Shown here: in pieces, positions 29,101 through 35,792 of the stretch
Layout of the letters: each line of letters begins with the position of its first letter
Numbering within the stretch: position 1 is the stretch's first letter
Source: Giardia intestinalis
Lineage: Eukaryota
NCBI GenBank assembly: GCA_000002435.2
Contig: CM018790.1
Strand: one strand, 5' to 3'
DNA: 64,000 nucleotides
Program-made: the position numbers and the translations under genes
Notes under the pieces: generated by a model
The model's input: the letters and a program-made list of their open reading frames with translations, nothing else
Databases searched by the model: none
Told to the model about the DNA's origin: nothing

Positions 29101-31692
29101 CAATGCGCTACCCGTCACGTTGTATCTCTGCCTGTGCTGCCTCAGAAACTGCTGTGTCAAATAGAAACCTTGAAGGGCGATATGCAAGCGCTCGCTGATG
29201 TCCTAGCGAAATTTATTGGGCCCCTCATATCTGGCGCCATAGCTCTTCTCCGTACTGGATTTCACTGTCACGTAGATGATGACCAAAAGGAAACCGACAA
29301 TGACAACCAATCTGGCCTTGGACTCGGCGACGGAACAGGAGATCAGAACGTTTCTAAGGAAGCGGCAAAGGAGCTGTGCGAGGATGATCTGATGGGCAAT
29401 CAGAATGACCGTGATCAACAAGAACAGCAAGAGAAGGACGGAGACGATGAAGCCATAGAGATGCAGAATGATTTTGGAGGCATGTCAGAGTCGTTGCATC
29501 ATGACATTGAGGAAGAAGACTCTAACGGCTCAGATGAGGAGGAAGTGCTCGAAAAGGAGATGGGAGATGAGCAAGGTGAGGCCATAGACGAGCGCAACTA
29601 TAACGAGGATGATGACAGTGCCGAAGAATATTCGGATGAACAGAAGAAGAATACCAACAACAATAATGATACCATGGAGTTAGCTGCTCAAGAGAAAGAC
29701 CAGGATAGTATTAACAGCGAGCTGAGCGATCCATCTGGCGAGCAACATGAAGAACAGGCGGATGCCACAGGCAGTACCGATGAGCAGGCGCAGGAAGACG
29801 ATTATAATGACCTCGATGACAAGAATCTGTCAGGACAGTCAGACCTCAGCGTACCAGAAGCCGATGGAGAGGACGAAACAGTCAATGAGGAGCTTGAGGA
29901 AGAGCAACAACAAATGAGCGATCTCAGCAACCCTGACCAAGATGCGTGTGCTATCGAAGAAGATGATGACCGAGACTTGCCCAGTTCTGATGAAAACGCA
30001 GAGGAGCATGATGAGCATGAAGCCCCTGTGGACATTGATGACAATGAGGCCAGTGATGAGCAAAGCACCTATAACGATAACGATCGTGACGATGCAATTA
30101 ACATCAGTGCCCAACAACAAGCGACCAATGATGAAGAAGAAATGCAGAAAGATACAGAGTATGACCAGGAAAATATCACAGATAGTAATCCAGATGCCAA
30201 CGAAGTAGGTACGAATGATCAGAAGCAGACCCATGAAGATAACGATCAGTTCAGGCAAGAAAATATAGAGGATCAGTGGGAAGCAGAGAGTACGGAAAAC
30301 AGTCAAGGCGAAGGAGCGGAGAGTGCAGATTTGAAGGAGGGCAATCCAGATATGAGCCTAGAAGAGTTCCAGAGAATTTGGAAGGAGCGCTTAAACATCC
30401 ACGACAGGGAAAGTGAGAAAGATGAGGCTGCAGAGCCTCAGGACATGCCTCTTCAATCGAATAAGACCGTTGAGTTTGACGACAGTAAGAGCGGCCGCGA
30501 TGGTGCCCTGGGACTTACCGAATCAAAACACAGGAATCTCACCAACCAAGAGTTTGATAATCCAAATGAGGAGAGGAACGTTGAGCACAACAGCTCGTGC
30601 GAAACAAGCCAATCTTCGCATGATCGGCCGCCAGCAGAGCACTTGAACCCTGAAATATCCGATGAAGGAGAAGAAAGCAGTACTGCATCTGATAAGCAAG
30701 AACAAGCCGTGCTTTCTCACATGCGCGAATCGTCAAAGGACTTGCTCAACCCTGAAGGCGAGGTATACCAAGAGCTTGCCGTGTCATTGGCCTCTGAAGA
30801 GACTAAGCGGGCCCCTGAAGATGTGGCAGCTGCCAGTGCAAGAGGAAACCATCTTCTTCTTGATTTGATTAAGCAGACGTCTGCAGCGGCCTTCTCCCTG
30901 GCCGAACGACTGCGCATCATCCTTGAGCCAACGGTTACTTCAGACCTCAAAGGTGATTTCCGCACAGGAAAGAAACTGAATTTGAGAAGGATCATCCCGT
31001 TCATTGCCTCAGAATTTCAGAAGGACAAGATTTGGCTTAGAAGGACGAAGCCAAGCAAGAGAGTCTACCAGGTACTCCTTGCCGTCGACGATTCCAGCTC
31101 AATGGCACCTATTGCTAAGTATGCCCTCCAGGCTATCACGCTCCTCTTCAATGCCTGCAAATTCCTAGAGGTTGGCCAGCTTAGCGTCTTTTCTTTTGGA
31201 CAGAAGTTTGAGCTCCTTCTTCCGATAACTGATCAGTACAACGATGCATCTCTTGCGTATGCAATCGGGTCATTCACATTTGCACAGAATGAGACAAGGG
31301 TTTCGGACGCGATTAGCATCGCCTCTGATTATCTGGATAGTGTCCGTTTCTTCAAGGGTAGTGATAGTGCATTGCAGCTACTTCTTATGATCTCTGACGG
31401 AAGACTTAAAGAGAAGGGTGGAGTGGCCCGCGAGATTAGAAAGTGCATGGGTAGGGGTCAGCTGCCGGTGCTGATTGTTCTGGACACAGATAAGAAGAGT
31501 ATTATGGACATCAAAAGCGTAAGTTTTATCACAGATTCCTCCGGCAAACGCGTAGCACAGACGTCTATGTATCTCGACGATTTTCCGTTCCAGTGCTATG
31601 CTCTCCTCAGACACATTGAAGACCTTCCAGAGACCCTTGTCGCCGTCATCAAACGGTGGATAGAATCTGTATCCGTTTACAATGCTGTGTAA
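17185..31692 (+). CDS. MDN1: Midasin (MDN1/Rea1), a giant AAA ATPase with an N-terminal AAA ring, helical linker, hyper-acidic D/E-rich region (about 29280-30760) and C-terminal VWA/MIDAS domain.
   Basis: Multiple Walker-A P-loops (GPTGIGKT, GTTSSGKTS, GVSGAGKTT, GDPGVGKSA, GSPESGKSS). Long D/E/N/Q low-complexity stretch. C-terminal MIDAS motif LLAVDDSSSMAP (DxSxS). First ATG is 17185, and the ORF-finder start at 17176 is TTG. AT-rich initiator (ttaataattgttattaATG). Confidence 0.9.
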   Translation: MSGYFTDLQNAEVLRAAESIVSSGQAVLLCGPSASGRTALLSHLASKLGAKPPIPLHLTTAQDTRDLIGSYVMTNKPGDFRFILGPLAYAAQSGRWISIEEITTISQDSLLLLSSVVNTRTLSVGSYQISVHPDFRIHAKTSADPALLSTIVKSMFYPLVLPPLGNHLFQVLTKHCNRGICTILAHIHVQFETHRLTAGRISASDMVKWARRIDLDLKNGGAVLNKAVQEASAGTAATTLVSWLDDNTRMVMIKNAWEAFVLRYSKEQTRRAFLDILRLSLNIHEELMLSTLLKIKVDIRHDYTQKRLVCGRVSLPFYESPDERSLDDICRTNHTTRLLEIISSAIRNNEPLLLVGPTGIGKTTCLQVIARALGKKLHVVNMSSQTDAADLLGGYVPATLDRILRNLYDAITGSLGLYISVRKNQIFVTELHKSYAEKDIAKFLANCETALSGMRQVLRKEVGEVVEQGSTEQRVSHDKKYARRGTYENSLYFLQSLGDTLEQATELHKILCHEVETKKPTMAFKYQEGLLVQALVKGDWILIDEINLASYDLLDVISQLVNPEHNEIAIPDKGFVAKNPHFRVFAAMNPGSDVGKKDLPPTIRRCFTEINVSEMSDDVDIVALTKSYLRMDDAMIEDRQGLDPNVVYQLFTVLKARAKTDLVTAAEAKSPCFSLRSLCRALSFAHRFRAAAGLRRSMYEGFMLAFGSMLNEKSRQAVHALILDKLLNGNKEYLLNPFIIQPFNKPCTAMIFQATTKDEAVTVEYQEPQAAHGFLEEEKSRARSTDYVLTKSTRSYMTTISRAIAAQLPILLEGTTSSGKTSLIKHIAKQFGCPITRINNHEHTDLSEYFGSYQPDPLTGQLVFKDGPLVTGMKQGHWVILDELNMASSEILEALNRLLDDNRELLVPDTQEIVRPAPGFLLFATQNPSGSYAGRKMLSEAFQNRFIMIEFADISTEELKEILINRSTSRHLAPQYCEKLITTIQAIKMQLSHRNNNAVMTNALITLRDLFRVADRLPRTLTELAMGIFELIGERQRDPADKQLVAEIIAKNLGLKTFSVSAAEQEYAIRVRPIQSMIEKALKAGADSPKSAFLLKFQDIVWTPSMIRLFALLFTSVSNGESPLLVGVSGAGKTTSVELIAAIMAQQLVQVNLHKHTESADFIGSLRPLRSRESMHAHLSVLKEYAATTTNVDKAVYAEIKRLETTLGTKLFEWEDGPILNCMKRGHILLLDEVSLADESVLERLNSVLETSRELTVAENPNMPRPVIAHTGFKLIATMNPAGDYGKKELSPAMRSRLTEFWMPHIRDINEVRMILTRKLQKTAIYRLGHQQGLDVVSLLADFFAEMDRITQSGRLGDVFTLSIRDILAVCDYITEVQTKEGTELGQMLIDAVTLSILDGLPVRTQLGNMPACREVKHEMVLYLANRILSANLTDIDLIQDLTVSISKDTNELTFLQASTQTVLATIPPGPQYNHAKALRKMTSFRLDAPTTIKNACRIAKALRFQRPILLEGDPGVGKSALVSAIAEICGYSLVRINLSEQTDLSDLLGSDLPAENGFRWVDGVLLKAVKEGAFILLDELNLANQTVLEGLNSLLDHRRSLFIPELMLSVKSPDTLRIFGTQNPRSQGSGRKGLPQSFINRFLNVYVDVLKSQDYDWILSNLFTDIPTYVLDYILGSTKQLRAGLEELKFGISGGPWELNVRDMMRLCDMLTTTPGLAQGITLAHAKHYAHILFGYRFRTADDDAYVQNVLFSPHSLDSVAEATQSHHWYSLRPLWNVTEDVVKIGSLAIPRIDPVFRDVLGTKLSYAHTSCFLTAQLVALEALAVAVTQNLSCILVGSPESGKSSILRTLADVVRQPLVHISASTATDVSDLIGAYEQVDVLYDLKSVIRDLCLFVHSLPIKASYSAISFSEFLKDLTASLDREIGDGLGSKSRAISMESIVSEVVQKLLLEFMAKFSPDLDSGGLAAKNFSLFCSEILTQDTTPVDERFSPHMPTIPELCKSMASLYLSTQQSQTGRFVWRDSELIRALERGYWVELTNANFCMPSVLDRLNSLLERGGGLEILEQGLEETRSIKVHPNFRLFISYAPTSDISRALRNRSLELSIDIQVSHYNLLDIVRCVYTSSTASGVSLDPYLIKLVSLVYFELSRDNPEIVGLGLLFKWLKLLVTYHKRFSTSVGDPKAVSSWVDRSFSSVFIASTLNADLHRQYMQVYQNARLALQGDGSLEACTLVEAAAVLNQLTLGAVRKLSISNSLQHSLALLELRTTVKPLDQLVSLADQEPQIMEPFSQVSGWLAICVGHSLDFQHHKELVSNLLTSTDINPMYLLTPPEPSSQALLKYISQGYLDMYSSPDSIIHQVIKYVSLCSPFYASILKLFIEGKFTTKDSYLLLYLIELSQHLATDPNNYDYVALFFSLFELLISHSIDPSTKTYSLGQRQVMRTFFDMILTDQYFESMPRLLSGYIRSLFISAARNDLETAWLAVRKNLALARISVHYLPELFKVFRYVIERLNLCISPEGVVFLQEGLSDSITASLWKDILATVIYMACRADDQTGDYVPKLAILQDSANRIDLCASKLSGNQHPTARALAQMQSLFLLFTGKAFCMQVSDTLEGWSQRDLTTQLPILLFRSMSFYHRNAAGPITYLRGPIFVSTGEFVTSSLSVPALLTNAIEEQATSVLKSLLCRSEDFLSYVGNVINSITTIVLRLFFAALEREAPSCDFTDGSFQLFALILETIVHSSNPLLASLTQGVEDILKAIISVQLSPSPLLLSGLVLTVASLVLYLLTSIANQRDPIVMTKHREVLYRRLAKLIATSIEDSKLHALFVFGDGALSESSSIYKELSTLYNSYAEAADQYAAELLVRADDEDNTFFEDLSSQLASLDGFEVHVLTFVSGVLNLEKVLQMHESTECIEAILDGLAVAERQISTTLAALLPRLINYTVESSYYLDMTIPIASFLMCLRVGLSAVISSVYAHVCDAINAARRLSSEGIGLQITLQDLLLLIQRVVVGTGDEFLDLLCYDKFIRSCCSSKTVSTLHVARLFTLSLLQYSSCSKGVQGDVSQFLLADTLRPERVSSIAAQFEIEEARSYRKYIADHSIFKTRNQSSTAEGVSEEDELKTQIAALFPKNDSHFIKSDTSSDDEQPISMSAQTKVDYDDAYATSFFTRMNMILIIGNCILHLYTSDTEALPIQERLQNLSSILQAHVPHLSRPLVALQAVTYALSICAGGVSSNLSIRSPLTPETDRLMYPLVTGATMGLVRVLSSRSPNVDYAKLQTGKTRRAIHCEDIYSRPYPYETAEFCSTLLRKIIVRTQHLLTEWPDNVQLLDIMHVCDKLMELPVLEAPLVMFLTGAEVLVRHLETWDKGAPAVYKYVTNPNVPVPESLTKSLIHLMVTWRRVELMSWNGFFSRVHTQFSNVSLTYWPELLIASLTYQRSVTQGEPSTEAYYAQMREFLYESNVGEFPVRLKLLYTLSALLSNIEELAEPELVSSPHKTMTSAVLFSIASEAVEFAKYMNKEFEEEAAQIKKRFEDQIRIFEWNERSSYTSWLTAQNSHRLCTKIIREYTEVLQHATRAFHMGYSATYDRIPLSVTVQEYLPLSSESGMLPPALSQELVERLNYCVEQMCHGRKESETLKRNEKNRLLSDVLDVLKETLGCVLSSGFAFKQSFGWKLAHLCLPSVHSTFELMHMFHDSLCQRCNEVEPHDIERMKRIIACLNQVFVQLSELVVELADIELLSRVMRTAPTGSSKSQADSVLYVYLADNSVPQLLTTQVMSHVTKAHKMCMSLQEFLIGLPLDSCKSSPTKLHEQIGGFLERFSADSVTALNRIKIFSKFSALIKRLCSITLIPLAFFEEAKAILQQILADLSPIFSALIAVLPTAPISTFVTEHAKYLAQVTEVIDTLTEQLAQCRVEEAATVSSIEWPYFALPFASVGEEGLSVEIIVDNAKKQVSAYMTAFFTSTLQPILQCATRHVVSLPVLPQKLLCQIETLKGDMQALADVLAKFIGPLISGAIALLRTGFHCHVDDDQKETDNDNQSGLGLGDGTGDQNVSKEAAKELCEDDLMGNQNDRDQQEQQEKDGDDEAIEMQNDFGGMSESLHHDIEEEDSNGSDEEEVLEKEMGDEQGEAIDERNYNEDDDSAEEYSDEQKKNTNNNNDTMELAAQEKDQDSINSELSDPSGEQHEEQADATGSTDEQAQEDDYNDLDDKNLSGQSDLSVPEADGEDETVNEELEEEQQQMSDLSNPDQDACAIEEDDDRDLPSSDENAEEHDEHEAPVDIDDNEASDEQSTYNDNDRDDAINISAQQQATNDEEEMQKDTEYDQENITDSNPDANEVGTNDQKQTHEDNDQFRQENIEDQWEAESTENSQGEGAESADLKEGNPDMSLEEFQRIWKERLNIHDRESEKDEAAEPQDMPLQSNKTVEFDDSKSGRDGALGLTESKHRNLTNQEFDNPNEERNVEHNSSCETSQSSHDRPPAEHLNPEISDEGEESSTASDKQEQAVLSHMRESSKDLLNPEGEVYQELAVSLASEETKRAPEDVAAASARGNHLLLDLIKQTSAAAFSLAERLRIILEPTVTSDLKGDFRTGKKLNLRRIIPFIASEFQKDKIWLRRTKPSKRVYQVLLAVDDSSSMAPIAKYALQAITLLFNACKFLEVGQLSVFSFGQKFELLLPITDQYNDASLAYAIGSFTFAQNETRVSDAISIASDYLDSVRFFKGSDSALQLLLMISDGRLKEKGGVAREIRKCMGRGQLPVLIVLDTDKKSIMDIKSVSFITDSSGKRVAQTSMYLDDFPFQCYALLRHIEDLPETLVAVIKRWIESVSVYNAV

Positions 31693-31725
31693 CGCATCTG
31701 CGCAACCATTTTAAGTAGAACACAC

Positions 31726-32262
31726 CTAGAATAGCACAGAAGCCGTGCCCATGGCAAGCAGCATTGCGACCGCAAGGGCTATAAGAGACAAGGAAGCGTC
31801 GACTGGAGTTCGCGCTATGGTACTGCTGAATTTGGTGGCCGTCCCTGGCCAGATGGCAGTGGGGGTGACTAGCTCTGGCACGGTCACTACTCCTTGTTCG
31901 AGCCTGGACGCCCAAAAGTCCTCCCCAGACACACGTGAACTGCCACAGAAGAGTTCATCTCCTACCAAGTTCATGTCATCCGGATATGCATTGAACAAGA
32001 AGAGGTCTGCCTCTTCACGAGTACACACAGCCCTGTCTGTCCTATGCGTCGCGTACATGTGCTCGTAAGCAGCCCAGCGCGGTGGAACGCAGAAGTCTTG
32101 GTAACTCAGTCCAACTCCTCGGCAGACATATCCCTTCGGCACGGTTACATGACGCAATCCAACTTCAAACTTTATTCTGCGTGTAATGATAAATTGCGAC
32201 GCAGGGTCGAGGCCATAGAACTGGATTTCTGCTGGAGCAAGATACCGGTAGTACTTTGGCAT
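31726..32262 (-). CDS. Hypothetical tail-anchored membrane protein, 178 aa, with possible DUF1353-like (bacterial/phage family) core.
   Basis: The C-terminal hydrophobic stretch ASLSLIALAVAMLLAMGTASVLF is a predicted TM anchor. The central region VPKGYVCRGVGLSYQDFCVPPRWAAYEHMYATHRTDRAVCTREEADLFLFNAY loosely resembles the DUF1353 pattern (vP.GF.TDGASIP ... HDylY ... R.eADrif). The start ATG is 1 nt from the stop of the upstream NEK gene. Confidence 0.45.
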   Translation of the reverse strand: MPKYYRYLAPAEIQFYGLDPASQFIITRRIKFEVGLRHVTVPKGYVCRGVGLSYQDFCVPPRWAAYEHMYATHRTDRAVCTREEADLFLFNAYPDDMNLVGDELFCGSSRVSGEDFWASRLEQGVVTVPELVTPTAIWPGTATKFSSTIARTPVDASLSLIALAVAMLLAMGTASVLF

Positions 32263-32263
32263 T

Positions 32264-33163
32264 TTAATTATTCAAAGCGTCTACTTTCTGCTGAGATCTA
32301 CTGGCACTGTTGACCAGTCGCTCAAGTGCTATCTTAATTTCACAGTTTGTAAGCAGATCCTTCGCAGATGGTCGTATGACAGGGTCAAAGATAAGGCATC
32401 TATGAATGAAACGACTGAGCTGAAAAGAGAAATCCTTTATAAAGACCTGAGGTGTTCCCATAATTTCTCGGGGGTCAAATGGCGGAAGCTTCATAGTCGC
32501 TACTTCCAGCAGTACACACCCGAGAGACCAGATGTCGATCTTCGTGGTGTATGTCGCCCCCTGTTCCCCTTGAGCCATTTCCGGAGCCATGTGGTATGAG
32601 CTCCCGATAGCTAGAAAGCCACGAGTGAACGAAGGGCCTGTCTTCGCGTGCTCAAAGCCTCCGAGCTTTACATTACCTGACGAGTCAAAGTAAATGCAGC
32701 TAGGATTAATGTTATGATGTACGATAGGAGAGTGCATAGACTCTGCTTCGGGAGCACTTTGGTCCGACGGCTCCGGATGGTGCAAGTACTCCAGAGCCTT
32801 TAGCAGTTGAGCAGCGATCTCCCAGATGAGGTTTTCTGTGATGGGCATCTGTGCAAGACCGTTGCGCTGGTCGGCAAGAAGTTGCTCAAGGGTCCCGTTG
32901 GCACAGTCCTCAGACTCTAAGATCACCGTCGATTTCTCTTCTAGTATTCGCGTGTACCTTCTGATGAAGGGACAGCTGAGTTGGGAGCAAAAGCGGTAGT
33001 CCCTGGAAACGTTCTCCAGAGCCTCGTCATCTATGGTTTCGAGGTCAATCCGGTACAGAATACATGGGCGTGCATTGCCTATGGAAACAGCCCTGTAGAC
33101 GTCCCCGCAGTAAAACTTGCGAAGGAAAACTGTATCGCTGTAGCCTTCAAAGGTGCAGATCAT
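32264..33163 (-). CDS. NEK-family protein kinase-like protein, probably a catalytically inactive pseudokinase. An alternative longer start at 33253 would overlap the upstream gene by 86 nt.
   Basis: Kinase subdomains are recognisable: YHMAPEM (APE), DIWSLGCVLLE (subdomain IX) and HHNINPSCIYFDSSGNVKLGGFEHAK (the HRDxKxxN and DFG positions read HHN and GGF). No clear GxGxxG loop. Confidence 0.65.
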   Translation of the reverse strand: MICTFEGYSDTVFLRKFYCGDVYRAVSIGNARPCILYRIDLETIDDEALENVSRDYRFCSQLSCPFIRRYTRILEEKSTVILESEDCANGTLEQLLADQRNGLAQMPITENLIWEIAAQLLKALEYLHHPEPSDQSAPEAESMHSPIVHHNINPSCIYFDSSGNVKLGGFEHAKTGPSFTRGFLAIGSSYHMAPEMAQGEQGATYTTKIDIWSLGCVLLEVATMKLPPFDPREIMGTPQVFIKDFSFQLSRFIHRCLIFDPVIRPSAKDLLTNCEIKIALERLVNSASRSQQKVDALNN

Positions 33164-33167
33164 ATAT

Positions 33168-33980
33168 TTACTTAAGATTGGAACTATAGGCTGCTGTAAG
33201 GGCAGGGTTAGCAAAGGAAAAAACAAAGCCCTGGAGTTCAAAGGTTGGTGCATCTTTCGGACTATCTGTTAAAAGAGGAAATGCCCGATGAATCTGTTCT
33301 AGTTTCGCTCGCTGGGCTATCTTATCTTCGACCTTACCACGCGTTGTATTCTTTTGCCACCCAGCTGCAAGCTTCTTTAGCGACTGGAGCGTCATGTCTC
33401 CACCCGGCGCCAACTCCACAACAGGGTTGGGGGCGCCGGGTCGTAACTCTGTTAAGGGTTCAACCTTTGGAATAGGTGAGTCGTCCTCCTCAGAACCAGA
33501 TTGCTCACTATTGTGAGAGGACGGTCTGCTGGATGATGTCTGAGAGTCAGCATCTTGAACGGGCCGTTCCTCGCCGCGTATCTGGGTGACCTCTTCAAGT
33601 TTGCTGCGTGCGTCAGCTAAAGCCTGCGCCTCATTACGAAGCAAGGGGATCACAAGCTCTAAGTAAAAGGAGCACTGTATCCTGAAGGAAACGTCGGGCC
33701 CCTTCCTGACAATCCGGGCCGTTCTTTCCTGTGCATTGTCCACGTCAAGGGGGAACCGGGGATGGTACAGAGCCATCCAGCTTCCCAACTTGATGTGCAC
33801 CGCATCCTTATCCACAGTAACATCAAGGCAGCGTGGATCTTCGTTGATCGGAATAGGTACCCGAAGCTTCACCCGAGAGTAGCCCCTGACAGACCCCATG
33901 TCAAGGCGTTCTCCCTCTATGTAGTCACCGTAATCTACTGTCTGTATGTAGCTGACCTTGACCTGCAGAATCTTGGCCAT
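33168..33980 (-). CDS. Hypothetical protein, 270 aa, with a structured N-terminal half and a Ser/Glu-rich C-terminal half.
   Basis: Intact ORF with ATG at 33980 preceded by an AT-rich initiator. The stop is 4 nt from the NEK ATG. No family assignment is possible by eye. Confidence 0.5.
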   Translation of the reverse strand: MAKILQVKVSYIQTVDYGDYIEGERLDMGSVRGYSRVKLRVPIPINEDPRCLDVTVDKDAVHIKLGSWMALYHPRFPLDVDNAQERTARIVRKGPDVSFRIQCSFYLELVIPLLRNEAQALADARSKLEEVTQIRGEERPVQDADSQTSSSRPSSHNSEQSGSEEDDSPIPKVEPLTELRPGAPNPVVELAPGGDMTLQSLKKLAAGWQKNTTRGKVEDKIAQRAKLEQIHRAFPLLTDSPKDAPTFELQGFVFSFANPALTAAYSSNLK

Positions 33981-34140
33981 AGAGTCCTCAAATTTCCATC
34001 AAAAAAGGTGACTCGATAACCCAATGAGTAGCACTGAATGCGCATATCCCGGAACTAACTAGAAGATTACGTTGATGCAGGTGAGCTTAGTGTAATGTAT
34101 AACGCCTGTAAAGATTTATTTCTATCTTCCGGTAAAATTG

Positions 34141-35037
34141 ATGCGCAAGGCCAAAGGTTCAAATGTCAAGGGTTCGAAAACTGGTGCCGTCATGAACTTT
34201 GATGAGAGCATAGACCGGTTACCCACAGAGCAAGGATTTAGCTTATACTCAACTAAGGCTGAACAAAGCTATAGGGAGACCCCCCGCAGAGGTAGTTCTT
34301 CACTCGTGAAGGGCTCTCAGAGTGTCTTCTGTAGTAGTGTCTATAGTGTGGATGAACGACCCACTACAAGAGATAGACTATCCACAGATAGATTTAGGGC
34401 TGTGCACACTCAAAGAAACAGCACAGCAAGAGAGTCATGTTTCGACCCACTGCCGAGGGTAGAGTACGTTGATCTTAATGGCAAGCTTCTCGATCCTGAC
34501 AAACTGCGCAACTCAAACCTGTTGCCCGGGCAGAACAATACAAGAGCTGTTTCCCAGCGTGTCTTCTCGGACTCAGCTCCATACCAGTCTCCTTCTCTAT
34601 ATGCGTCTCCGCTTTTGGAATCAAAGCAAACTTCTGAGCGCGAGCGGAGCCCGCGACCCTCACTGCCCGTATACGCCTTAGAAGAGCCTTATTCTCAAAG
34701 GACCTATAGAGAGGAGCTAGCATATGCAGGAAACATAAGCCATGACATTCAGGAAAAGTATGCTGTTCTGCCTTCAGAATTTACGCAAGTGAAGACACTT
34801 TTCATCCCAGTCTCTTCATCTCGGCAACAATCTTCATATGACCAGCAACAATGTCATCGGACAAGTCCTGCGTCTCCCATTAGATCTCCTATGCACGACA
34901 CTTACGAAGACTCTGCAGACTTGCCTACGAGTTACAGGATCGTTGAGCGACGCGGACGCACGCTGATTAACGACTTGCTGCTGGATCCTGTAACGGGTAT
35001 GCCTGCGCCCGTTCGGATGGCCAACCAAAACCTCTAG
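34141..35037 (+). CDS. Hypothetical Ser/Arg/Gln-rich low-complexity protein, about 298 aa.
   Basis: ORF with AT-rich upstream region (ttatttctatcttccggtaaaattgATG). Composition biased to S, R, Q and P. No recognisable domain. Confidence 0.4.
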   Translation: MRKAKGSNVKGSKTGAVMNFDESIDRLPTEQGFSLYSTKAEQSYRETPRRGSSSLVKGSQSVFCSSVYSVDERPTTRDRLSTDRFRAVHTQRNSTARESCFDPLPRVEYVDLNGKLLDPDKLRNSNLLPGQNNTRAVSQRVFSDSAPYQSPSLYASPLLESKQTSERERSPRPSLPVYALEEPYSQRTYREELAYAGNISHDIQEKYAVLPSEFTQVKTLFIPVSSSRQQSSYDQQQCHRTSPASPIRSPMHDTYEDSADLPTSYRIVERRGRTLINDLLLDPVTGMPAPVRMANQNL

Positions 35038-35090
35038 CCTACCAATCTGTCTGTGAGGTGATGTGCTTTAGCGAGTGTTTTCTATAGTAA

Positions 35091-35738
35091 ATGAATCCAA
35101 GCATCATTGTCCCCGAGTCTGATATAGATTGTATGCTGCTTGTAGCGGACAACTTAGTCAAGCTATCTTCCCATGTTTACAACACTCTAATACGTCGGGT
35201 TAGTATTCTATATCCCACTCCCATAGGAATCCTTCACATCTGGCCCAGGCCTGTACACAAGCGCATCTCTGCACTACTCTATAGAGCACTGAGGGTGTCA
35301 CACGCGCTAACATTTAAGATCCAGCTGGTCACCACTGACGCTCTACTGGAGTCTCTTTTCGACTTGTCGATTGGAGTCACTAGAGCCCCAAGACGCCCAC
35401 CTGATCCCGGCAGAAAGATAGAGACAGTCTTGCAAAATACCATAATGTGCGGGATTTACCAGTTCTTCGCTCTTTGTGTGAAGAGGCTTTCGCATCAAGT
35501 TGAACGATGCCTCCGAGAGGGAATTACCTTTACAAACTTCACAGTCATGGCCACTGCAGGAGGAAAGTGCGTCTTTCCAGTGCAAACGACCATGCTGACA
35601 TCAGGAAGGCGAGAGCCCGTGGCTGCAACCGGTCATCCCGTGGTGTCCAAACGGTCCTCGGGAGAAGTTCTCTTCGTCAAGAGCCTCGTATTCTATGACC
35701 CTCGGTTCTCGGTCTCATTCTTACTTCGATGGCGTTAG
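35091..35738 (+). CDS. Hypothetical protein, 215 aa.
   Basis: Intact ORF starting at an ATG after tagtaaATG, convergent with NAC-alpha and ending 54 nt from it. No family recognised. Confidence 0.4.
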   Translation: MNPSIIVPESDIDCMLLVADNLVKLSSHVYNTLIRRVSILYPTPIGILHIWPRPVHKRISALLYRALRVSHALTFKIQLVTTDALLESLFDLSIGVTRAPRRPPDPGRKIETVLQNTIMCGIYQFFALCVKRLSHQVERCLREGITFTNFTVMATAGGKCVFPVQTTMLTSGRREPVAATGHPVVSKRSSGEVLFVKSLVFYDPRFSVSFLLRWR

Positions 35739-35792
35739 GTGGGCACCGTTCAATCACCATTTACACTGGCAGTACACTGGCAAAGCTCCAAA

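Noticed and set aside
29280-30760. Hyper-acidic D/E/N/Q low-complexity region inside the giant ORF, considered as a possible separate repeat gene or misassembly.
   Set aside because: A D/E-rich linker between the helical region and the C-terminal MIDAS/VWA domain is a defining feature of midasin, and the frame is continuous.
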